Shown piece by piece: positions 1 through 7,908 of a DNA stretch of 64,000 bases (the first letter of the stretch is position 1; each line of letters starts with the position of its first letter). The notes below the pieces were generated by a model, which saw only the letters and a list, made by a program, of their open reading frames with translations, searched no databases and had not been told where the DNA came from. This stretch comes from a virus (lineage: Duplodnaviria; Caudoviricetes). The stretch lies in IMG/VR virus record IMGVR_UViG_3300042866_001263; one strand, 5' to 3'. The translations under genes and the position numbers were made by a program.

Positions 1-210
1 GTCAAATCGACACGAAAGACGAAGAATACGAAGTCACAGGAGCTCGTATATTCTTCTGATCTAGCACTCTTTCCATATGTCGATATGTTCCCATATCGTC
101 TAGAAGATACAAGCGAAAAGAAAACCTGCTATTTCCAATGTGAAGACCATGCCCGAAAATACATCACTCGATACAATCCAGAATACAGACTATACTGTTA
201 TACTCGATGA
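1..210 (+). CDS. hypothetical phage protein (5' partial)
   Basis: Open frame from base 1 to TGA 208-210 (...FPYRLEDTSEKKTCYFQCEDHARKYITRY...). Not in the ORF track. Confidence 0.6.
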   Translation, partial: VKSTRKTKNTKSQELVYSSDLALFPYVDMFPYRLEDTSEKKTCYFQCEDHARKYITRYNPEYRLYCYTR

Positions 211-355
211 GGATGACAATGGTGACTTGTTCATGCCTATTCCAGCAGACTTCCTCGATGAACTTGGTTGGCAAGAGGATGACTTGTTGGAATGGATTGT
301 CGAAGATGACCAAATTGTACTACGTAAGGTAGAAGACGATGAAAACTGTGTATGA
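149..355 (+). CDS. AbrB/MazE/SpoVT-like DNA-binding domain protein
   Basis: VILDEDDNGDLFMPIPADFLDELGWQEDDLLEW..IVLRK fits the swapped-hairpin pattern (iP..l...lg...gd.l). ATG at 149, alternative GTG at 140. Confidence 0.6.
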   Translation: MPENTSLDTIQNTDYTVILDEDDNGDLFMPIPADFLDELGWQEDDLLEWIVEDDQIVLRKVEDDENCV

Positions 356-611
356 GAGCCCCGACAGGGGACAGACCATCCGTGAGCGCCCCTTCCGTCA
401 ACCAATTGGGCAAGTGAAGTCGAATTGGTACTATGTGTTCTGGGGCATTATGGCAGCCGCTGTATGTGGTGGACAATTGTATGTTGGACTTGGGTATCGT
501 GAGATGGCAAAAGCATCTAAAGCGATGGAAATTTCTGTTGCTTGCGTCACGCCATATGACACGCCCCAGCAACAGGATATGCGTGTAAGTAGAACCAAAC
601 CATTTGAATAA
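339..611 (+). CDS. hypothetical membrane protein
   Basis: 90 aa ORF with one hydrophobic segment (WYYVFWGIMAAAVCGGQLYVGLG). Confidence 0.7.
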   Translation: MKTVYESPDRGQTIRERPFRQPIGQVKSNWYYVFWGIMAAAVCGGQLYVGLGYREMAKASKAMEISVACVTPYDTPQQQDMRVSRTKPFE

Positions 612-616
612 TTATC

Positions 617-1024
617 ATGGGCATGTTCGATTACTTTAGATCATCCTATGATCTAGGACCAGAACTCACAAATGTAGAGTGTCAAACCAAAGATATTGAG
701 GATGGTATTGGTGGCACCATGACAGCATATTGGTTAGATCCTGCTGGTCAATTGTGGTATCCAACTTACGTCGGTACTCATATATTTGAGACTATCAAAC
801 AGGATGATCCTAGGTATGATCCCGAACGTGGTTTCTTGAACTACGAATGGATACCAACTGGTGCTCATGGTAGATATCAACCATGCATGATCACCAAATA
901 TGTTGAAGTCTATACATCAACATGGGGTGGTGAGTGGGAAGACTGGCCCCGTGCTATAATACACTTCAAATATGGCAAAGTAATGGACTATGAACTATTC
1001 AAGCGCAAAACTAGATCTGTTTAG
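617..1024 (+). CDS. hypothetical phage protein
   Basis: 135 aa ORF in a co-directional array; MGMFDY start is typical of a phage hypothetical family. Confidence 0.75.
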   Translation: MGMFDYFRSSYDLGPELTNVECQTKDIEDGIGGTMTAYWLDPAGQLWYPTYVGTHIFETIKQDDPRYDPERGFLNYEWIPTGAHGRYQPCMITKYVEVYTSTWGGEWEDWPRAIIHFKYGKVMDYELFKRKTRSV

Positions 1025-1289
1025 ATACACATACTCAGAAGACTTTGGTGATACGTGGTATTTCCAACTATTGAATTTCAATAAGCACTTCCCTGTACCT
1101 ATCAAGAGACGATCATTCCTACAGTGGTCATTCTCCTGGTCTGATTATCCTAGTTGGCCATACATGCAGATCACATCTGGTAGTAGTGGTGTGCTGAGTT
1201 TCATGTTCTGGGTGTATAAATTTGGATTTGACATAGACCTTTTCTCTTATACATGGAAGATGAGTAGTCTACCTGGGACATCACGATAA
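990..1289 (+). CDS. hypothetical protein
   Basis: 99 aa aromatic-rich ORF whose stop overlaps the next start. Confidence 0.65.
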   Translation: MNYSSAKLDLFRYTYSEDFGDTWYFQLLNFNKHFPVPIKRRSFLQWSFSWSDYPSWPYMQITSGSSGVLSFMFWVYKFGFDIDLFSYTWKMSSLPGTSR

Positions 1290-1642
1290 TGGCGTACAGT
1301 ACAGCAAAAACAAAAACTACTCTGAACTGGTGGGAATATTGGATTGGTCATTGCTGGATGACAGGATGGCAGAGTATGCGAATGACATTTCGCATATGGG
1401 CTGACTTAATGACATTCAACTATGATCACTATGCTCTACCTAGAACAGTAGAAGATCCAGAAACAGAGTGTATAGAATGGTTCTGGGCATCACTCAACGA
1501 GGATGATGTTTACCCAAAAGAATTCCTAGAATATCTACTGCAGATGGTAGAAGATATTGAGCTAGGTAAAGTAGAAACTTATTCAATTGATGAACTAATG
1601 GAGGATTTGCGCCATGATGGAGAACCCGAAACCGATACCTGA
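1289..1642 (+). CDS. hypothetical protein
   Basis: 117 aa ORF with TAATG stop/start coupling. Confidence 0.75.
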   Translation: MAYSTAKTKTTLNWWEYWIGHCWMTGWQSMRMTFRIWADLMTFNYDHYALPRTVEDPETECIEWFWASLNEDDVYPKEFLEYLLQMVEDIELGKVETYSIDELMEDLRHDGEPETDT

Positions 1643-1808
1643 TAAGAATCACCTAGACATCATGTGGACGGTGGCAACGAGTGGCAGTTTAGAAACTGGC
1701 ATACGACCCCACTACGGGTTCGCTCAGTTGCTGTATGATTACCTCATAGACAAAAAGTTCCCTGATGACTACTATCCGAGAAAAACGAGCACTGCTGAAG
1801 AAACTTGA
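1614..1808 (+). CDS. hypothetical protein
   Basis: 64 aa ORF in the array. Confidence 0.6.
   Translation: MMENPKPIPDKNHLDIMWTVATSGSLETGIRPHYGFAQLLYDYLIDKKFPDDYYPRKTSTAEET
1681..1739 (+). promoter_or_regulatory. early promoter, palindrome copy 1 (embedded in CDS)
   Basis: GTGGCAGT-N6-ACTGGCAT at 1681-1702, 31 bp gap, -10 TATGAT at 1734-1739, upstream of ORF 1765. Confidence 0.6.
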
Positions 1809-2040
1809 GACAGCATACAATACATGCTTTGATTGTGGTCAGAAATATGGCGTGTATTCTGTAGGTTGTTCATCTGTGTATGAAGCAAAGTGTGATGTCT
1901 GTGGTGAAACTAAACGTATCACAGAGACACGAGACTTTGCTTACTTTATTACTGGTATCCGCAAACTCAAACTTGAGATCAAAAATGAGAAAGGTAACAG
2001 TCAAACCCAAAAGCAGCAAGGCGAAGAACCGTCTAGCTAA
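1765..2040 (+). CDS. small Cys4 zinc-binding protein
   Basis: CFDC...CDVC pairs. Confidence 0.7.
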   Translation: MTTIREKRALLKKLETAYNTCFDCGQKYGVYSVGCSSVYEAKCDVCGETKRITETRDFAYFITGIRKLKLEIKNEKGNSQTQKQQGEEPSS

Positions 2041-2200
2041 CATTATGGACAATAACCCCATCTGTATTGTAGAGCAAGATACTGGTGGTGAGTTGTTCTT
2101 AGCATCAGAAAATCGCAAATACTTTTTCTGGGTTAGTACTCGTAGTGGTACTAATCGTTTCGGTGACAAATCTGACGCACACTGGGAGGTGATTGAATGA
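1985..2200 (+). CDS. hypothetical protein
   Basis: ATG 1985 (MRKVTVKPKSSKAKNRLAN...) preferred over the track's 1880 start. Confidence 0.7.
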   Translation: MRKVTVKPKSSKAKNRLANIMDNNPICIVEQDTGGELFLASENRKYFFWVSTRSGTNRFGDKSDAHWEVIE

Positions 2201-2373
2201 AACCCAAATTCCGTCCAGTATTGGAGATGGCAATTGAAGAAGGCGTTAGATTTGGTTGGAACCGTGCTCATAAACACAATCCTGAACCAGATGTAGATGC
2301 TGCTGCTGATGCTATAGTAAATGAGATCATGAATTCACTTGATACTTGGTTCAACATGGAGGATTTTGAATGA
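2197..2373 (+). CDS. hypothetical protein
   Basis: 58 aa (MKPKFRPVLEMAIEEGVRFGWNRAHKH...) with ATGA overlaps at both ends; below the track cutoff. Confidence 0.7.
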   Translation: MKPKFRPVLEMAIEEGVRFGWNRAHKHNPEPDVDAAADAIVNEIMNSLDTWFNMEDFE

Positions 2374-2654
2374 GTTTTACTAAGACTGTTTCTGTGTTTG
2401 CTGCTCTCGCTAGTATCTTTGCTGCTGGTGCTGCTGGTTGGAAACTAGCAGACAGTCAAAACCAAGTTCCTTTGACGCCATTAGATCAAAAGGTGATGGA
2501 ACTGGAAAAGAAACTCGAAGAAGCACAAAAATCTCAAGTTGCTCCACAACCAGTTAGTCTCCCAGCAGCTCCAGCACCTGTAGTTCAAACAGCACCACAA
2601 CCTGCTACACTACCTCCAGTAGCACCACCTCCACCTGTTCCTCCACAACCATGA
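2370..2654 (+). CDS. membrane-anchored protein with coiled coil and Pro-rich tail
   Basis: N-terminal hydrophobic helix, then KVMELEKKLEEAQK, then a Pro-rich C-terminus. Confidence 0.75.
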   Translation: MSFTKTVSVFAALASIFAAGAAGWKLADSQNQVPLTPLDQKVMELEKKLEEAQKSQVAPQPVSLPAAPAPVVQTAPQPATLPPVAPPPPVPPQP

Positions 2655-2866
2655 CTTTGATTGATACTCTCGAATACTTCATCGATGATACCAGGGCACG
2701 TCTATCTGACATAGAATGGGAAATCCGTGAAGAGACAAACTATGATGATGAGGGGCATGATCTGCGTATGCTTGACTTCTGCGAACAGTATGATGAAATT
2801 GATGAGCGACTACAAGATCTAGAAAAGATCAAATCTATTATTGAAATTATGGAGATTGAAGAATGA
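2651..2866 (+). CDS. acidic hypothetical protein
   Basis: 71 aa, D/E-rich, ATGA coupling. Confidence 0.7.
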   Translation: MTLIDTLEYFIDDTRARLSDIEWEIREETNYDDEGHDLRMLDFCEQYDEIDERLQDLEKIKSIIEIMEIEE

Positions 2867-3270
2867 AACAACAAAATGGATTTATTGACCCCGTTATTGT
2901 TCTGATCGTTGGTGGGGTTGTTGGTATTGGTCTTCTGCTGTTTATTGGTGGTCCTCAATACAATGTTTGGCAACAATCGCTAGCTGGTAAAGCAGAACTA
3001 CAGAAAGCAGAATACACTCGTCAAGTAGCGGTGTTGGAAGCACAAGCAAAGAAAGATAGTGCTCAACAACTTGCTGATGCTGAAATCATCCGTGCTACTG
3101 GTGTTGCCAAAGCAAACCAGATCATCGGTGACAGTCTGAAAGACAACCGTGAGTATCTTCAATATCTGTATATCACTGGTCTGGAAGATGGTAGTAAGAA
3201 TGGTAACGTGACGATCTATGTGCCTACCGAGGGTGGGATGCCTGTTCCGACTTTACAAATGAACAAGTGA
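2863..3270 (+). CDS. SPFH/prohibitin (HflC-like) coiled-coil membrane protein
   Basis: Transmembrane helix followed by an AEA-type coiled coil (EAQAK...AEIIRATGVAKANQII..SL..EYLQY..I) and IYVPT. Confidence 0.55.
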   Translation: MKQQNGFIDPVIVLIVGGVVGIGLLLFIGGPQYNVWQQSLAGKAELQKAEYTRQVAVLEAQAKKDSAQQLADAEIIRATGVAKANQIIGDSLKDNREYLQYLYITGLEDGSKNGNVTIYVPTEGGMPVPTLQMNK

Positions 3271-3324
3271 CACTTTGATAACTGGCACAGGGTCCGTCAC
3301 GGGCTCTGTGCTTTGCCCTATAAT
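3267..3324 (+). promoter_or_regulatory. early promoter, palindrome copy 2
   Basis: GTGACACT-N6-ACTGGCAC at 3267-3288, stem-loop at 3285-3311, -10 TATAAT at 3319-3324 (30 bp gap). Confidence 0.8.
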
Positions 3325-3347
3325 AACTTCATAAGCAACCGAGGCAA

Positions 3348-3506
3348 ATGACCGTCATTTCTCGCCAACACTGGGACACACTCTATACGATGCTGTATGA
3401 TGCGTATGAAGAGTGTAGCAAAAACCAGAATGAAACTTACCGACATATGATCGGTCAAGTTCTCGATCACATGATTTACAACGAAAAGCACTTGGTTATC
3501 AAATGA
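3348..3506 (+). CDS. hypothetical protein
   Basis: 52 aa (MTVISRQHWDTLYTMLYDAY...) directly after the promoter, SD-like GAGG. Confidence 0.7.
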   Translation: MTVISRQHWDTLYTMLYDAYEECSKNQNETYRHMIGQVLDHMIYNEKHLVIK

Positions 3507-3706
3507 CTTCTAACAACACTTCTACTCGTTCTGGTATGGGTTTCACTAGTTGGCTCACCATTCTGTTTATTGCTCTCAAACTTACTGGTCAGATTACTTG
3601 GCCGTGGGTGTGGGTATTGTCTCCTATTTGGATCAGTGGTCTGATTGTTTTTGCTCTCTTTATTATTCTTCTTGCTATTGCTATCATCAACGAGGTGCGT
3701 AAATGA
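3503..3706 (+). CDS. small two-TM membrane protein (common phage family, LKLTG.I.W.W.WVL.P.W motif)
   Basis: GFTSWLTILFIALKLTGQITWPWVWVLSPIW. Confidence 0.75.
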   Translation: MTSNNTSTRSGMGFTSWLTILFIALKLTGQITWPWVWVLSPIWISGLIVFALFIILLAIAIINEVRK

Positions 3707-3915
3707 GCGGCGTTAATTATGTTTGTATCATCGATGGTCTGCTAGAGTTTGCTAGCACCACTGCCAGAGATTTCGCACATTATCTGATGATGTATGAGGA
3801 TGAGATCTTTGAGGCGGAACACACTGGAGCATTTGTTCAGATGCTGTCTCTAACTGATGCGGAGTTTGAAGCTATGTTCCCTGTAGAAGATGATGAACTG
3901 GAGGAAGAAGAATGA
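3703..3915 (+). CDS. acidic hypothetical protein
   Basis: 70 aa ending in EDDELEEEE. Confidence 0.7.
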   Translation: MSGVNYVCIIDGLLEFASTTARDFAHYLMMYEDEIFEAEHTGAFVQMLSLTDAEFEAMFPVEDDELEEEE

Positions 3916-4193
3916 GCGGCGGACACTTCAACGATTGCGGTTACGATTACTACAAGGTAGCACAGTTTGCTGATGAACTTGAAGCAGAAGTATGTAACAA
4001 CTTTGAGCAAGATGAGTATGGTTTTGCTCACGAATATTCACCAGAAGTTTGTGAGTATCTGTTAGAGCAGGTTACCAAGATGCGTAAGATGGCAGAGATT
4101 ATGAGGCATATTGATTATCTGTATAGTGGTGATCATGGTGAGGATAGTTTTATGGATCGTGTGAAAGAAGTGGAGGCTAAGTATGAAATTTGA
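3912..4193 (+). CDS. hypothetical protein
   Basis: 93 aa, MSGGHF...YLYSGDHGEDSF, ATGA coupling. Confidence 0.75.
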   Translation: MSGGHFNDCGYDYYKVAQFADELEAEVCNNFEQDEYGFAHEYSPEVCEYLLEQVTKMRKMAEIMRHIDYLYSGDHGEDSFMDRVKEVEAKYEI

Positions 4194-4401
4194 AGGAATT
4201 GATTGGGCAGTTTTGTCTGTATTTTTTATTGCAATCGTTGCTGGTGCTATCATCAGCTATGATGCCCAACAACAACGAGTATTATTCCAACAAACATACA
4301 ATAAGAACTTAGAGTGTCGTCAAGCACTCAAAGACCAAACAGTAGGACGAGTGAATGAGATTTGTGGCGATGTTCCTGCTATTGGAGCTTTTGTGAAATG
4401 A
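4183..4401 (+). CDS. hypothetical membrane protein
   Basis: N-terminal TM helix and two Cys. Confidence 0.7.
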   Translation: MKFEGIDWAVLSVFFIAIVAGAIISYDAQQQRVLFQQTYNKNLECRQALKDQTVGRVNEICGDVPAIGAFVK

Positions 4402-4574
4402 TTGAACTTCGTATCGTTGAGAACGAAATGGGAATGAGGCCAGACATTCAGTATCGTTATCATCAGTTTGGATTTAATGCGAGTGGAGCATTATGCCCAT
4501 TAGCACCCGAATTTATTTGGAGTGAATGGAAAACTGCCGAATGGGTAACAGCAGAGGATATTGAAAATGATTAA
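4398..4574 (+). CDS. hypothetical protein
   Basis: ATG 4398 overlapping the upstream TGA is preferred over GTG 4362. Confidence 0.6.
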   Translation: MIELRIVENEMGMRPDIQYRYHQFGFNASGALCPLAPEFIWSEWKTAEWVTAEDIEND

Positions 4575-4734
4575 AATTCAAAAAACTTACTATCTTGCAC
4601 TCACAGAGCAACAAGCAAAAGAACTCTACGAACTTCTAAGATTTGCGAATGAAGGTTCTTATTTAACTCACGATAAAGAACTGATGCTTGTTTATCACGA
4701 ACTCAAAAACCTCTTTGATATTGGAATCCGATGA
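4567..4734 (+). CDS. hypothetical protein
   Basis: 55 aa (MIKIQKTYYLALTEQQAKELYELL...) filling the gap; below the track cutoff. Confidence 0.65.
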   Translation: MIKIQKTYYLALTEQQAKELYELLRFANEGSYLTHDKELMLVYHELKNLFDIGIR

Positions 4735-4946
4735 AAAACTATCGTATTGTCAAAAAAACCAAAGGAGACCGCACAAGGTATTATCCACAGGTGAAGTTTC
4801 TGTTTTGGTGGTATAATCCATTCAAGAATGAATATTATGATGGGGGGTTATTATCTCTGGAAGAAGCACAAGTGGAACTTTGTGAGTATATACGGAAAAC
4901 TACGGTAGAATTTATTGACTTTGACCCAAAGAGGGATTGTAAATGA
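4731..4946 (+). CDS. hypothetical protein
   Basis: 71 aa, YRIVK...YYPQVKFLFWW. Confidence 0.7.
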   Translation: MKNYRIVKKTKGDRTRYYPQVKFLFWWYNPFKNEYYDGGLLSLEEAQVELCEYIRKTTVEFIDFDPKRDCK

Positions 4947-5506
4947 CTGAAAGGTTAAATCACAAACTTGATGTAAGCAAACTCAAAACCATCAAAGATA
5001 TAAAGAATGTCTTTGAGTGTATGAATTTGTATGCTTCTGCTGAAGAAGACAACGAACAGTATGAACTTCTCAAAGAATACTTTACGATCCCAAACGAGCC
5101 ACAAGAAATCAAATTTGAATTGCCACGTAAGTCATTAGAAGAAATCTCACAGGAATTTGATGAGAAGATTGATAAACAGATTGAAGATGTAGAGTATAAG
5201 TTCGCACAACTCAAATATTATCAAGAGTATCAGTTTAGTAAAAAGATTACCAGGATTATTGAGGATATTGAGTATGCGAAGGAACACGGACAATTCCCAG
5301 TCAGACTTACAGTAGGTAAGTTAGATTGTTCTACTCTTGGTGTGAGCAGTGCTGTAGATTGGACTACAGAGTTTAGAATTGGTAAAGATGAGGTAGGATA
5401 CTGGGATATCAAACCAAACATCAAAGTGTATCTGAAAAAGAAACCAAATCGTGTTGTGAGATATTTTACTAAATTACTTCTTGATTTTACTTGGAAAGAC
5501 AAATGA
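4943..5506 (+). CDS. hypothetical protein
   Basis: 187 aa ORF with ATGA coupling. Confidence 0.75.
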   Translation: MTERLNHKLDVSKLKTIKDIKNVFECMNLYASAEEDNEQYELLKEYFTIPNEPQEIKFELPRKSLEEISQEFDEKIDKQIEDVEYKFAQLKYYQEYQFSKKITRIIEDIEYAKEHGQFPVRLTVGKLDCSTLGVSSAVDWTTEFRIGKDEVGYWDIKPNIKVYLKKKPNRVVRYFTKLLLDFTWKDK

Positions 5507-5706
5507 CTAAACTATCAGCAGCAGACCTTATGGTAATTCATAACACTCTTTATAAAAGTTTGAGTGTCGTTGGAAATAGTATTTGGACACAAGAAACCAG
5601 AGAAAGAGTTATGGATAAGGTGTCTATTATTATGGAACAAATGAAAGCAGAAGTTGTCTGTGGTGATGTAGAACCTATTGTAGTGAGTGGAGATTTGGGA
5701 GGATGA
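5503..5706 (+). CDS. hypothetical protein
   Basis: ATG 5503 overlaps the upstream stop. Confidence 0.65.
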   Translation: MTKLSAADLMVIHNTLYKSLSVVGNSIWTQETRERVMDKVSIIMEQMKAEVVCGDVEPIVVSGDLGG

Positions 5707-5927
5707 CCGAAGAAAAACTCACACTTCTCCTCAAGGTTCTCAAAGAAGTAGCAGAGGTAAAACACTGCTATGAAGGTCTATTTGGAGATGATTATACTCC
5801 AAGTGCTGGTAATTATGATGATGCCTTTGAAGATGGTTGTGCTTATGGTGAGATTACCTTTGCCCGCACTATGTTAGAATGTATTGGTGAAAAGTTTGAA
5901 TACCCTTGTATGAAAGAAAATGACTGA
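5703..5927 (+). CDS. hypothetical protein
   Basis: 74 aa with GNYDDAFEDG..YG motif. Confidence 0.7.
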   Translation: MTEEKLTLLLKVLKEVAEVKHCYEGLFGDDYTPSAGNYDDAFEDGCAYGEITFARTMLECIGEKFEYPCMKEND

Positions 5928-6102
5928 ACGAGTAAAATTCAAAAGTATCACACGAGTGATTGGTCCCAGGAGTGGTATTCATTATTTGGATGCTATTGAT
6001 GAGAATGGAATGCACTGGGTTGCACAAATGGAAACTGGTGTAGAGCCATGGATTACATATAAGGAGACATGGAAGAAAGACCCCCAGCAACCGTATGACT
6101 AA
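5920..6102 (+). CDS. hypothetical protein
   Basis: 60 aa ORF in the array. Confidence 0.65.
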   Translation: MTERVKFKSITRVIGPRSGIHYLDAIDENGMHWVAQMETGVEPWITYKETWKKDPQQPYD

Positions 6103-6913
6103 CCAACAAATCGATTTCAACCAAATTAAAGATCTGTTCTCTGATCAAGAGTGGGATGCTGCTTATCTGTCTGCTGAACACTTGCAAAGGTCTTCTAGTG
6201 CTCCAATCAAGGTTAAAATGCATGTCTTTGGTCATGATATGACGAATGCCATTCATGCCAAAGCTTTGAATGGTATTATTCTGGCAAAGTATTCGACGGA
6301 ATCAAATGATTATTCTCTGTATCGAGAATCATATGAGAAGTTGTTAACTCTCTTTGATAAGGAAGATTTTGCACCAGTGTATGTGAACTTCAAAGAAGCT
6401 TCCATTCTGTCTGGTTTTGGTGTGAGAGCAAAGAACTCATTGGTTTACAATCGTAAGTTTGGTTTTCAATGTAAGTTTTGTGCCTATATCTTCAGGGATG
6501 AAATTGCCAATCATGATGATCTAAAACCACAAAAGGGAATGTTGGATCTATGTGATGGTTGTGAGGATTGTATTCGAAACTGCCCCGTGAATGCCATTCA
6601 TGAGGATTGGATTGATGGCGCAAAGTGTGACAATTTCATTGGATATGGTAATGATCCAAGTGTGTCATCCTTGAAGTGGTTTTGGTATGAAAAGATGAGA
6701 CCACGGAACATTTCTAAGGATGAAGTGTATGAATGGAATTCTCATGCAACTCATGGTAAAAACATCGTATGGGGTAAAGGTATTGATGGTTCCTATGAGC
6801 TAACCATGGAAGGATTGATGAGGGATGGAAATCCAGTTAAGATCCCACACTGTAGGAACTGTCAAGAACAACCAAAGTGTAGTAAGGCACCATTTATTGA
6901 TGACCAATCATGA
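6095..6913 (+). CDS. epoxyqueuosine reductase QueG / reductive dehalogenase-like double [4Fe-4S] protein
   Basis: FKEASILSGFGVRAKNSLVYNRKFG resembles the A..AGLG..GKN.L.I...G motif. CDGCEDCIRNCPVNAI, IDGAKC and CRNCQEQPKC give 8 Cys. Confidence 0.7.
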   Translation: MTNQQIDFNQIKDLFSDQEWDAAYLSAEHLQRSSSAPIKVKMHVFGHDMTNAIHAKALNGIILAKYSTESNDYSLYRESYEKLLTLFDKEDFAPVYVNFKEASILSGFGVRAKNSLVYNRKFGFQCKFCAYIFRDEIANHDDLKPQKGMLDLCDGCEDCIRNCPVNAIHEDWIDGAKCDNFIGYGNDPSVSSLKWFWYEKMRPRNISKDEVYEWNSHATHGKNIVWGKGIDGSYELTMEGLMRDGNPVKIPHCRNCQEQPKCSKAPFIDDQS

Positions 6914-7092
6914 CTGAACAACAAATTGATCTGTTACGCACTCTCATACAAGCGGAGATTGAATATGCTATCCAGAATGAAAACGACTATCGGTTTGCTT
7001 TTGAACAGGATAAAGCAAATGACCAGGCATGGGAAACATTCAAACGAACTTTCAGAGGAGGAAATCTGGAAGACTATGTGGGAGAATGCTGA
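6910..7092 (+). CDS. hypothetical protein
   Basis: 60 aa, ATGA coupling. Confidence 0.6.
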   Translation: MTEQQIDLLRTLIQAEIEYAIQNENDYRFAFEQDKANDQAWETFKRTFRGGNLEDYVGEC

Positions 7093-7213
7093 AAAGATCT
7101 ATCTCCCAAAGGAAGATTATGATAGACTGGTAGAACGAATTAACCAACCACCCACACCAGAACAAATCGAGAGTATCAGGAAACTTATGCAACGTAAAGC
7201 ACCATGGGACTGA
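7076..7213 (+). CDS. small protein resembling the C-terminus of DUF1778/TacA-type antitoxins
   Basis: IYLPKEDYDRLVERINQPPTPEQIESIRKLMQRKAPW; ATG 7076 preferred over 6926. Confidence 0.45.
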   Translation: MWENAEKIYLPKEDYDRLVERINQPPTPEQIESIRKLMQRKAPWD

Positions 7214-7623
7214 ATGATGATATGCCGTGGGTCAATCTCACTCAAGAAGAAGTTGATGAACTCCGCACAAAGAAGTATGAACTCACGGAATACGGTAAAC
7301 ACCGCATACAACAACTGATGAACAATCAAGAACCATACCCTGATGCCATGTTTGAAGAAGCTGAGCGTAGGGAAAAGAGCAATCGTGTTCTACAACGCTA
7401 CAATGATTACTACAATATGGAATGTGCCAGTTTGCCTCATGGCACACCCATTACACCAGAACATCAACAAATGATTACTCTACAGTGTATGATTGATGCC
7501 ATACGCTGTGAATATCTCAATCAAGAATATAATCATATCGCTATCACTGATATTGAAGATCTGATCGAACAATTAGATCATCAAGCAACTAAGTTTCTAG
7601 AACGAGTGAGACAAAATGACTGA
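7204..7623 (+). CDS. hypothetical protein
   Basis: 139 aa ORF. Confidence 0.7.
   Translation: MGLNDDMPWVNLTQEEVDELRTKKYELTEYGKHRIQQLMNNQEPYPDAMFEEAERREKSNRVLQRYNDYYNMECASLPHGTPITPEHQQMITLQCMIDAIRCEYLNQEYNHIAITDIEDLIEQLDHQATKFLERVRQND
7424..7481 (+). promoter_or_regulatory. possible internal early promoter, palindrome copy 3
   Basis: GTGCCAGT-N6-CATGGCAC at 7424-7445, 30 bp gap, -10-like TACTCT at 7476-7481. Confidence 0.45.
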
Positions 7624-7816
7624 TAAAGAACTGTACAATCCAGATGAATTCCTACTGGACAATATCAAGAGCTATCACTATGAGGTAATGGATGAAGGTG
7701 AACATGTATGGATGGCATTTTACTTTAATAACGGTAATACAGGACACTTGAATATTTTTCTCAATAATGGTAAAATCAATACACGTTATGAAGAATGGGA
7801 TGAAGAAACAACATGA
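7616..7816 (+). CDS. hypothetical protein
   Basis: 66 aa, NPDEFLLDNI..HYEVMDEG.HVWM. Confidence 0.7.
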   Translation: MTDKELYNPDEFLLDNIKSYHYEVMDEGEHVWMAFYFNNGNTGHLNIFLNNGKINTRYEEWDEETT

Positions 7817-7908
7817 TCTTAATTACGTATGCAATTGGTGTCATGGCAGGATCTGTTCTAATTAATTACTTACTCATGAAATATACGGATGATGATGATG
7901 ACACTTAG
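7813..7908 (+). CDS. small membrane peptide
   Basis: 31 aa MILITYAIGVMAGSVLINYLLMKYTDDDDDT with ATGA coupling. Confidence 0.45.
   Translation: MILITYAIGVMAGSVLINYLLMKYTDDDDDT

Noticed and set aside
4336-4357. Near-match to the early palindrome (CAAACAGT-N6-AGTGAATG)
   Set aside because: The outer bases mismatch and there is no -10 hexamer 30-31 bp downstream.
4781-4789. Perfect TTATCCACA DnaA box
   Set aside because: It is a single copy inside a coding region with no AT-rich neighbour, so it is probably chance.
6095-6913. Assigning the gene symbol queG, or inferring a 7-deazaguanine DNA modification system
   Set aside because: The catalytic DYH motif is altered, and no folE/queC/queD/queE/dpdA genes are in the window.
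6926-7075. N-terminal extension of ORF 6926-7213
   Set aside because: It overlaps ORF 6910-7092 almost entirely; the downstream ATG 7076 fits the tight gene packing.
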